Shown piece by piece: positions 52,310 through 64,000 of a DNA stretch of 64,000 nt. Source of the stretch: the human T2T-CHM13v2.0 reference genome, Homo sapiens. The notes below the pieces were generated by a model. The model did not search any database. It was not told where the DNA came from and worked only from the letters and a program-made list of their open reading frames with translations. The translations under genes and the position numbers were made by a program. Numbering within the stretch: position 1 is the first letter of the stretch; each line of letters begins with the position of its first letter. The stretch is from assembly GCF_009914755.1 (NCBI RefSeq), contig NC_060945.1; one strand, written 5' to 3'.

Positions 52310-52720
52310 GTCCCAACATAACAATATCAAGACTGACAAAGCAAGACTGAAGAAAGCACACACCATAACAAAGAAACAGCAGGCTCAATGAAGAGAAACA
52401 TTTAGACATAAAGAAACTGTTATAAGATCAGATTTTAAAATAAGTATGGCTTTAAACATACATACACATACAAACACAGTAACACCATAAAATAAAAATT
52501 GAATTTTTTTAAAATGAAAAAAGTCTCAATACACAGGCTAAAGAGTACAATGGGAACTGTTGAAAAGCAAACTAATGAGCAGGTGTGTTTAATTGAGCTT
52601 TACTCTCCCAAGGGAAAGGGAACTGGAAAGCATGAAGGAAGAGGTAAGAGACTTGGGGAGATCATGTAACCCAACACCTAAATTGAAGGAATGCTAGAAA
52701 AAAAATACAAAGAAAACTGA
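52310..52720 (+). mobile_element. Old L1/HAL1 ORF1-like fragment
   Basis: gaaaaaagtctcaatacacaggctaaagagtacaatgggaactgttgaaaagcaaactaatgagc...aacacctaaattgaaggaatgctagaa. Confidence 0.45.
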
Positions 52721-52992
52721 AGAGTTAATGACATATAAATTAGTTATGTCTGAGCATGTCCCAAGACAGAGTTAATCATGCATTTGTATCCTAACCAAGT
52801 ATTTGTTTTAATATAGAAAGAAAAAAATATTTGTGATTCACAGAGTATTACTCTGCTACTGAGAAAGCCAGAAAAAAAATGTAGCTGCAGAAGATCCCCT
52901 GAAATCACACCATTTGACAGTCCTAGAAAGTGCCTCTTACTTATGCAACGTGCAGTACTTTGGGTCAGGCAGGGTTGGTCCACCCGTGGAAC

Positions 52993-53559
52993 TGATAGAT
53001 GCAGGAGGCAGATAAGAGGGGAGTCCCCTAGAGCATCTCCAACTGGCCTGAGCACTGGGAGAATGGGGTGGAGCCACTGGAAGTTCTCTCAGCTTGTAGA
53101 GGGGAGGAGCTTGGCCTCTTTAGTTCCTGTGGGTGGCCTGGAATCAATCTGTGAGGTGGGGGGCCTGTTAGCAGGACTCCCTCTTGCTTTGCTGGAAGTT
53201 TTTTTCTTGTTTTCCTCTTTGCCCAATAAATTCCATTCCCCTCACACTTTGATGTGTCTGTGTGCTTAACTTTTCCTATTTTTTTCATTCTATATTAAAA
53301 ACAAATTATTTAGTTAGTATATAAATACATGAGTAGCTCTGTCTTAGGACATGCTCAGATATGACTAATTTGTATGTCATTGACTCCTCAGTTTTCTTTG
53401 TATTTTTTTTCTAGCACTCTTGCAATTTGGATGTTGAGTTACATGATCTCCTCAAGTCTCTTAACCTCTTCCTCCAAGCTTTCCAGTCCCCTTTCCCTTT
53501 GAGAGTAAAGGGGACAAGAACCCCATTTAAGCTGAACTAAGGATCAAAGTTCTACAATA
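52993..53559 (+). mobile_element. MER61-like (ERV1) solo LTR interrupted at 53277-53512 by an inverted copy of 52598-52829
   Basis: tgatagatgcaggaggcagataag...cccaataaa...ttttcct | insert | gacaagaacc...gctgaactaagg...ttctacaata; TSD gaac/gaat. Confidence 0.8.
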
Positions 53560-54459
53560 GAATAAATAGTTCTTTCTTGGTAAACATTTTTTTGAGGTCA
53601 CAAATGCTGGGAACTTGATGAAAGCTTCTGAGGGACCAGAAATACTTGTGATGGAAAAGCCTGTATCTTGGCATGTACAACTTCTTCTATTTCCTGGAAT
53701 TCTCTTTGCTATGAGTAGCACAAAGTAGACCAATGGCACATCATTTGCCTCCAAACTTTTCTTAGCTTGACTGGACTTCAATCTGGCAGCATTTCTAGCT
53801 TCTAGCAAGCAGTCTCTCCTGCCCTTCCCAAACTATAGCTCCAGTCCTTTTTAGTCTCCTCCTTCCCACCTACCCCCCAAAATCTACAAATTTTCTATTT
53901 TACGAGTCATTTGGTGGTTTAGTTAATAACATTTTCCTACCAAAATCCATGTTTTCTTTTACCACAAAATATATTGTTATTTACCTTTTATTTCCACATC
54001 TGAATGTAAAATTATTTGAACAAGATACTATCAAAATGAATCCATTTTATTTAAAAAGGTATTCATGTTTCTTCAAAGTGGTTATTCAGAAAAATAAGTG
54101 CCACCTGTCAACTGCTCATCAAAATTGACACAAGATAGTCATAATGCTATTGTGGCCCAGGAACCACAATTTTATCTTTGAGCAGCTAAGAAAAAAAAAA
54201 ATCTTTCAGAAATGACCTTCTATTACTAGCTTTATTCTCTCTTTAGGCTCATAAGGACCGTTAACTATATTAAAAGAGCAAAGAGAAGCATCCTACCTTT
54301 CTCTGATACCCACCATTACAGCCAGGCTTCGGGGATACCTGCTGCTTTTATTTATTATGCTTTTCAGTACTAATATTAAAGTGTCTTTATAAACTTTATC
54401 ATAGCGGTTACACACTAATGGGAATGGAGGTGCTGTATTTTCATTTTTTTCTTTATAAT

Positions 54460-55078
54460 TGTCAAATAAAAAAATAAATCTGGACTAAGTAAGGAGAGAC
54501 TAATTGGAAGGATTATTGCAAGAGAGGAAAGGACTATTGCAATATGGGAGGAGAATTATTCAATGGAAAGAACACTGATCATTAGATCTGCAAGCATCTT
54601 AAGGGCTAGGCAAAATGCATTTTGCTTTTGTAGAGAGAAATGAACAAGGTAAGAAAGAAATGACTGTCATCAAAGAAGAGATCAGAGACTATTTTACCTT
54701 GAGACCAGGCTATTCTCAGGAAAAGCTGTTAAGGAGGAATTGCATGCTGGGCAACAAAGCCCTGGGAAAGAAGAGAAACTTAACCAAATTTATTGTTAGT
54801 GTTGTTGTGTTGTGTTTTAACCGTCATTTTGTGTTGATTGATCAGCAGGGACAAGGAGTATAGCTAATAATTTATGAAGCAAAGAATGATTATTTGGAGG
54901 GTCAGTATGTTTTTGCAATAGGTAGCAATGGGGACATCCATGAATCTATAATCTGAGTGATTTGGGAAGGATGATTTATTGCAGTAGACCTTTTCAGGGA
55001 ACATAAAAGGTCAGGGGAATTCCTTAACCTTCAATGTTTACTAGGATCACAGGGTTCAGGTAAAATTCAACATTGTCA
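54460..55078 (-). mobile_element. MER89-like (ERV1) solo LTR
   Basis: The reverse strand begins tgacaatgttgaattttacctgaaccctgtg and ends ...tttatttgaca; approximate TSD taat/taaa. Confidence 0.7.
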
Positions 55079-55554
55079 TAAAGAGCATTGTAGATAGTCA
55101 TCAGAGATACTGAAAATTTTGTCTTGAAATTTTAAAGCAAAATTTCTACTGTCACCCAATGAAGTTAGAAGTGGAACATTTAGAGGTTCATTTTTGAGCA
55201 GAGGCTGGATCTGGTTGTTGCATTTATTGTTTCTCCTATGTGGCATAAGCATACATTAAAAAAAAAAGAATGTTGTCTCTTTGTATGTAGACACTTTAAA
55301 ACTGGAAGACTTCTGTCCGTACAATTAGTAATGTTTTTACAGAGTACCTACAATTTGAGTTTTATCAACATAGAATGGAGTATTCATATTTATTTTGTTT
55401 TAGAAAATAGCTAGAATAAGTGTCCTGAGCTTCTACTTTCTCAAAGTATAAAAAAGAGAAGATAATTCCTCCGAAGTTATATATAGACTATAATTCAAAA
55501 ACAATTATATAATATAGACTATAACTATTCTATAATAAAAGTTCCAAAGTAATG

Positions 55555-55690
55555 CACATCAGATTTTGAGTGCGGCCTGACTTCAGATGCTGATTCTGCA
55601 GTTTATTGGAGTCATTTTGTCACTTTGGCAAGTTATTAACTGCTATGTGCCTCATTTTCTTCATCTGTCAATTGATTATATCAATGTTTA
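55555..55690 (+). mobile_element. MIR
   Basis: ctttggcaagttattaactgctatgtgcctcattttcttcatctgtc. Confidence 0.65.
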
Positions 55691-55764
55691 CTAACTTAAA
55701 TAAGAATAGGTGGTAGAGGCTAGAGGTGAGACTGGGCTTTCTCTGGATCTGTGATATGGGAAAG

Positions 55765-57588
<1,824 letters not shown>

Positions 57589-59249
57589 TGAATGTGGATT
57601 AAAGTTTCAGTAAAACCAAATAGCAAAAAATAAGGAAGGCAAAAACACTTTAATTTGACAAATTGTCTTATGAATGAATTCTGGTAATATAAATAATCAA
57701 TACATGATATTTCTATGTATGAACTGACTGACTTTATCTGGCAAAAGTGCTACGATTTTGAATTTATTCACTTTCTGAACTCTCTCCTTGGTCTGCCCCA
57801 TATACCATATAAAACACTCTTACCCTTAATAATTTTTTTCATAGAACAAAAATCCAAAACCATTCTATGCTTATTTTTTTAAACCTTATAGAAATATTTC
57901 CTCTAACAGTACTAAAATACGTGATAGATGAAGTTTCAAAAGCAAATCATTTTCATGTTGCACCCCTACAGTTTCCATAATAATAACTGGGTCATTATTC
58001 CTCTGAGAACTGAAAATGAATGTTCATAAATAATTGAGTTTTTAAAAGCCATAATAACAAGAACTTTTAAATGTCACATTTACTTACCAAGTTCACCTTT
58101 TGTTCTGCCATGTAATTTTAATATATCTTTATAGGTATGTACATGATTCCATTCTGTAGCATTGTCTCTAAAGAAGAGTAGAATTTCCATAACTCAGCCA
58201 GCAAGACAAATCTAGAGGAATCTTTGAGATTTTTAATTGTGTAAGAAGGCATGGTGATTCGATGCTGGGGAGTTTTTAATCTTTATGAACATCCTGGATA
58301 ATAAGATTACACTGCTTAATAAGAGTGTCAGAAAGCAGTGGGGTGAACCTATAATCATTTAAGAGCAATTAGCAAGAAAATTTTTGTGGCTTATTTCTTC
58401 CTTTTATGTCTGTTTTCGTCAGGGAGATTTCATTACTACAGTATAGCACATCTTTTTGGCACCAATGATACGAGTCTGCTAAAAAGTAAATTGGGCCATA
58501 ACACACAGAGAAAATGGGGCTATTCCAGAGCTCCATGCAATTATCTGAGGGCCCTAAGGAGAACAAATTGGAGCATCTGCTGCTAAGGGAAGAATCAGCA
58601 GCTGATGCCTACCTACATGCAGTGAAAAATCAACCAAATAATATGAGCAAACATTTTCATAGAGCATCCACTCTGTAACCTCAGCTCACCTTGCGTTTAA
58701 CCTGGACAAAAGCTATAGAGTCCAAAAAACCCAAATCTCTGTTAAAATTGTGTAAGACAAAGTAATAAATTTGTGACCTAGAGCCCTTAATATTGTTTAT
58801 TTTAGCAACTCTGCTATTTTTTTCTGCCTTGTCTTCCAAAAAAAGAGAACAACAAAATAAAATAAAATAGTAAAAGAAAATGCACTAGAATTTATTTCCC
58901 CAAAGTCATTTTCTCTATTTAATGCCTATGTAGGCAACAGACACCTCCTCATCAGTTGTCATTTAAACACATATTTATTGGATGTTTATTTACAACATAC
59001 TTTGTAGATAGGGAAAAATGAAATAACGAAAACCAAATCATTACATTTTAAGCTTAATTTTTTTTGGTATAAATTGAAGGAATACAAGTGCACTTTTACT
59101 ACATGGATATCTGATCCACAGCATTACTGAATTATTGTTGTAGTTCCTAACACCAATTTCAAATGCTTAAAACATGTACATACACACACAGTTGATTTTT
59201 TTTTCCTCTTGAATGCATAAGACAGAATTTCTACGTTAAACAATAGAAT

Positions 59250-59390
59250 TCCAACTATTGTCATTTTTCAGATGAGTAATGCCAAGGTTCAAAGAGGTTA
59301 AGTGAATTTTCAGAGTTGCAACACTAACACTACAAAAGTCTCAGGTCTAGAATACAGAGACTCTGGTTCTAGAGGCATTTCATTAATATT
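59250..59390 (-). mobile_element. MIR
   Basis: catttttcagatgagtaatgccaaggttcaaagaggttaagtgaattt. Confidence 0.65.
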
Positions 59391-59398
59391 CTGTGCTT

Positions 59399-59720
59399 CA
59401 GGGATTAAAAATGCCAATTTCAACAGGGGCCTAGCAAATAACATAAGTAGAAGGCTGTGCTGAGTTGACCGAGTGGTGAGCTAAAGGGTATTGCCCTTCA
59501 AAAGGGACTGCTACTCAGCTCAAGCCAACTGGTTCCATCAGGTAACCACCTCAGCATTTCCAATACTTCTGATATTTTTTCAAGGGAAGCTAAAAGTTCT
59601 CATTTTAATGTGGATTCTCTCCATTATAAATGCAGACAGCTAATTTCATATTGTGAAAACACTACTTCAAACACAACAATCTGCAAGGTGAAATTTTGCT
59701 GTAGTCAAACACTTTGCCTG
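59399..59720. mobile_element. Charlie18a-like hAT element
   Basis: acaggggcctagcaaataacataa...ctgctactcagctcaagcc...cttctgatattttttcaagggaagc. Confidence 0.65.
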
Positions 59721-60408
59721 AATATGTGGGCACTTTAAATCAGAAACAGCCTGAATTCTCAGCCCCTAAGAGAATGCAAAGTATCTCAACAAGGATAAAG
59801 ATCAGAAATCTAAACTGTGTGTTTTCTTTTTCCACAGACAGAGTGCCCAGAAACTTAAATCATGGTTTCAGTTTAGTATAAGCAATAAAATCCACACTAA
59901 GAAATGTTTTCTCCAATCATCCTTATTGTCCTTTTGATGATGAAGAGGATGCTATTAATAGTCTATTTTTTAAATGAAGGTCAAGAGGTAAGTGGGTAAA
60001 TTCTGCATCTACACTAAGGGTACTAGTGGGACTACATCAATGCTTATTAAGCATTGGGGTGAGGATGTTACTACAAAGAGTGGCTTAGGGCTATGTGTGG
60101 TGGTCTTTAGTTTCCCAGCGTTTTTCTCTTTGCAGTGAAACAACTCCAAAATTAAACATGTATATGCAAACTATTTTATGATAGGGATATTTTTGAAATA
60201 TATTTTAGATACTAGATTAAATTTTAGAATGATTTTAGAAGATATTAGAAATTAATAAGATTAGATATGTTAAAAATACTGTGAAAAGTACCATTTTATG
60301 GTTATATTCAATGTAAGTGAAAAATAGTTTGCTTGAGTCAAGACAGAAGCAAAGAAAAGAATTTGTGGAGACAATGCGAATCATATTTAGGATGAAAACT
60401 GCACTGGG

Positions 60409-60700
60409 GGCAATGCACGGTGGCTCACACCTGTAATCCCAGCACTTTGGGAGGCCAAGGTGGGTGAATCACAGAGTCAAGAGATAGAGACCATCCTGGC
60501 CAACATGGTGAAACCCTCTCTACTAAAAAGACAAAAATTAGCTGGGCGTGGTGCTGCACAGCTACTCAGGAGACTGAGGCAGGAGAATCACTTGAACCCA
60601 GGAGGCAGAGGTTGCAGTGAGCCGAGATAGAGCCACTTCATTCCAGCCAGGCAACAGAGGGAGATTCCATCTCAAAAAAAAAAAGAAAAGAAACAAAAAC
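60409..60700 (+). mobile_element. AluSc-like SINE with TSD
   Basis: gtcaagagatagagaccatcctggcc; TSD aaaactgcactggg / aaaattgcattggg. Confidence 0.92.
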
Positions 60701-62179
60701 AAAATTGCATTGGGATAGCTGATTCAGATATAATTATTATATTCCTTCTTTAATGACTATTTTTAAATAATTCAATAACTAAATAAAGTAGATAAAACAT
60801 GAACCAGAGATTGAAAATGTTCTCCGAAACCAAATTAGGATTAATTCACTTTTGTGCAACTGTAGGAAAAAATATAAATCTCACAGTAGCATAAAGCTGG
60901 TGGGCTTATTATAGAAACAATTTCAGTCCATACCACTGTCCTCCACTTCTATCTAGACACTGTCCCTAATTTCCTTCCTTCGTGAGACTCTGTTGCCAGT
61001 AGGGAGACTAGGATAGTGGAAATACATCCATAGTCACATACTGTTTGCATTTTTAGTTTCCAAGAACACATTTCTTCAAATACAAGGAATAAAATATATT
61101 TTCCACTTGGAACGGCCAGTTAAAACTTACTGTGCTTTTCCCCTACACTAAATCATATAAGTTTAATCCTACCACAAGCACACACCTCTCCTCCAAAATA
61201 GAGTTGCTAAGACCCAACTCACCTGTAAAAAATGCCTCTACTTATGAAAGAAAAGATAATCGTCACAGGAATACACAGAGCTCAACCTTTGAGCAAGGTA
61301 TCACTGTATCAGAAATCCAACTACAACATACATTAGCCCTGTGATCTTGGATAATTCACTGCACCTCTCTGCTTCACTGCAAAATATCAGTGACGACATT
61401 GCCCTGCAGAGTTGTTGTGGGTGTAGTAGAATTCTGAGGCTGGATTGTGTTTCTCCTAGGGACTTAATGTACCTGGCTACATTTATGTCTAAAGCTCTTT
61501 AAAATGGCTGAATGGATTAAAAAAATACCATTATCAGTCAAAATATCCTACTGCAAATTATAGATTAAATGTACTACAGCTAACTGAAGTAGAAAATAAA
61601 ATCATTGGAAAGATAATAGAAAGGTCACAGAATGGATGGAAATCTGAGAGAAGCCTAGAAATAAAAGCTAATCAGGAGAGTGGTTCAGTAGTAAGAAGCA
61701 AATCCAAGGACACAACCCAGAAATAATTGGTTGAGAGGTCATGTCAGTGATATTGCTGTAGAACACCTGATATTGCCATTACTGACCTCATGGTGCCACC
61801 ATCTCTGATGTGCACACTCAATTTATTGAGACTTGGTCAGATGCCCACATGAGATTAACTGGGGTCTTGTAATTCTGCAGTAAGAGAGCAAGACCATGCT
61901 CTCCCGAAGACTTACACAATAGAAATACTACTAAAGTAGGAAGTGTCAAGGCAGTGCAAAAATAGCAAAATTTACAACGATGTTGTAAAATATTATAATA
62001 TCTTTGTTTATAAATATATTTATATACCAAAATATATACTAACATAGCAACTGAATCAGTTGGACTATAAGACTGTAAATGAGTTTACCTGTTTTCAGTT
62101 TGTTTGTATCTTTGTATCTTAATAAAAATAAATAATTGGATTAAATGAATTATAAAAGAAAAGATGAGAATTTATTGTT

Positions 62180-62430
62180 TTAGATCATTCACTCATTCTT
62201 TTATTCATTGATTTATTTAGTAGGTGTTTATTGAATACTGTGGTTTAAAAGCAATGTCAAAAACTGGATGGTATATTTCAATAAGCAAAGTGACTAACTC
62301 TTTCCCTTTATGAACTACACAGTTAATTAGAAGATAATCTTTTATACAAGTTCATAAAGAAATACACACTTTGATAGGAAGAAAGACCATAATTTAATCT
62401 GTGACATAAAAGATGAGACCTGAATAATAC
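62180..62430 (-). mobile_element. L2 3' end
   Basis: tcattcactcattc...tttattgaatac...ctctttccctttatgaact. Confidence 0.55.
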
Positions 62431-62434
62431 AATA

Positions 62435-64000
62435 TGATTTAGTTTGTATCTTTGTCCCCACACAAATCTCATGTTGGATTGTAATCCCCAGTGCTAGAGG
62501 TGGACCTGGTGGGGGGTGTTTGAATCATGAAGCAGATCCCTCGTGGCTTGGTGGTGTCTTCATAATAGCGTCTTCTCACAAGATCTGGTAATTGAAAACT
62601 GTGTGGCACCTCGCCGCTTCTACTATGTCTCTCTCTTATTCCTGCTTTCACCATGTGATGTGTCTGCTCTTGCTTTGCCTTCTGCTATGATTGAAAACTC
62701 CCTGAGGCTTCACCAGAGGCTGAGCAGATTCTAGAACTATGCTTCCTATAAAGCCTGCAGAATCATGAGCCAATTAAATCTCTTTTTTAAAATAAATTAT
62801 CCAGTCTCTGATATTTCTTTAAAGCAATGCAAGAATGGCCTAATACAGAGAATTGGTACCAAGCAGGGGAACATTGCTATAAAGATAACTGAAAATGTGG
62901 AAGCAGCTTTGCAGCTGGGTAATGGGCAGAGGTTGGAAGGATTTGGAGGGCTCAGGAGAAGAAAAATAAATGAGGGAAAGTTTGGAACTTCCAAGAAACT
63001 GGTTAAATTGTTGTGAACAAAATTCTAATACTGATAGACAGTGATGTCCAGGCTGCCAAGGTCTCAGATGGAAATGAAAAAATTATTGGGAACTGGAGCA
63101 AAGGTCACATATGTTAAGCCTTAGCAAAGAGATTAGTTGAACTGTGTTAATCCACTAGGGATCTGTGAAGTTAGAACTTCAGAGTGATCACTTATGGTGC
63201 CTGGTGGAAGCAATTTCTAAGTAGCAAAGCATTCGAGAAGTTTCCTGGCTGCTTCTAAGATCCTAACTCAGAAATAGGAGCAAAGACATGACTTAAAGTT
63301 TGAAGAATTTGTAGCCTGACCTTAGGGCAAAGGAAGAATAAACTTTTGTGGTGGGGTGGGGTGGGGGAGAGGAATTCAAGCAGACTATGGAATTACCACT
63401 TGCTAGAGCTATTTGCATAATTAAAAGGGAGCCAAGTGCTAATATCCAAGATAATGGGGAAAAATAACTTGAAAGCATTTCACAGACCTTCACAGGAGCC
63501 CCTCCTTATCACAGGCCCAGAGGCCTAGAAGTACAGAATGGTTTTGTAGGCCAGGGCCAGGACCCTGCTATCCTGCATAGCCTCAGTACAATTCTCCCCA
63601 CACCTTGGCTACTCCAGCTCTAGCCATGGTTCAAAGGGGCCCAGGTACAGCTCTGGCTGCAGCTCTAGAGGGAGCAAGCTGTAAGCCATGGTGGCTTCCA
63701 CATCTTGTTAAGCCTGTAAGTGTGCAGAATGCAAGAGTGAAGAATATTTGGCAGCCTCCATCTAGATTTCAGAGGATTTATGAGAAAGTCTGGGTGCCAA
63801 GGAAGAAGCCTGCTGCAGGATCAGAGCAAGCTCTTACAAAGAACCTCTACCAGGGTAGTGCCAAGGGGAAATGTAGGGTTGGAGCACTCAAGTAGTCCTC
63901 AATGGAGAACTGCCTAGTGGAGCTGTGAGAAGAGGACCTCCAATGCCTGGAAAAGCCACAGGCACTCAATGACCTGTGGAAAGCAGTGACAGTGGCTGCA
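62435..64000 (+). mobile_element. MSTA MaLR element: 5' LTR 62435-62847, then an int region that runs off the window
   Basis: LTR tgatttagtttg...cctaataca followed by gagaattggtacc; homologous to 13075-15081. Confidence 0.9.

Overview
AT-rich primate (probably human or great-ape) intergenic or intronic DNA, dominated by transposable elements. These include L1 (L1MA/MB/MC/ME and young L1PA 3' ends), about 12 Alus, two Tigger1 copies, several MaLR elements (THE1/MSTA/MSTD/MLT1), ERV solo LTRs (LTR22, LTR40, LTR8, MER31, MER52A, MER61, MER89, MER110-like), small DNA transposons and L2/MIR relics. I can support no protein-coding gene: the longer ORFs lie in repeats or low-complexity DNA, and none of the rest has recognisable homology. 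There is a 3'-truncated U2 snRNA retrocopy and a few candidate non-coding exons. I see no evidence of a new multi-gene system. The most interesting signals are mechanistic: an apparent two-step L1 3' transduction (18710-18927), an Alu with a twin-priming-type 5' inversion (41164-41463), a near-perfect palindrome of about 136 bp (47969-48104), an inverted copy of about 233 bp of flanking DNA inserted into a MER61 LTR (53277-53510), an ancient duplication with an exon-like core (6630-7115 and 8445-8865), and a solo LTR22 that seems to include a tRNA-Met primer-binding site. Repeat names come from my recall of consensus sequences, not a search, so subfamily calls and old-element boundaries are approximate.
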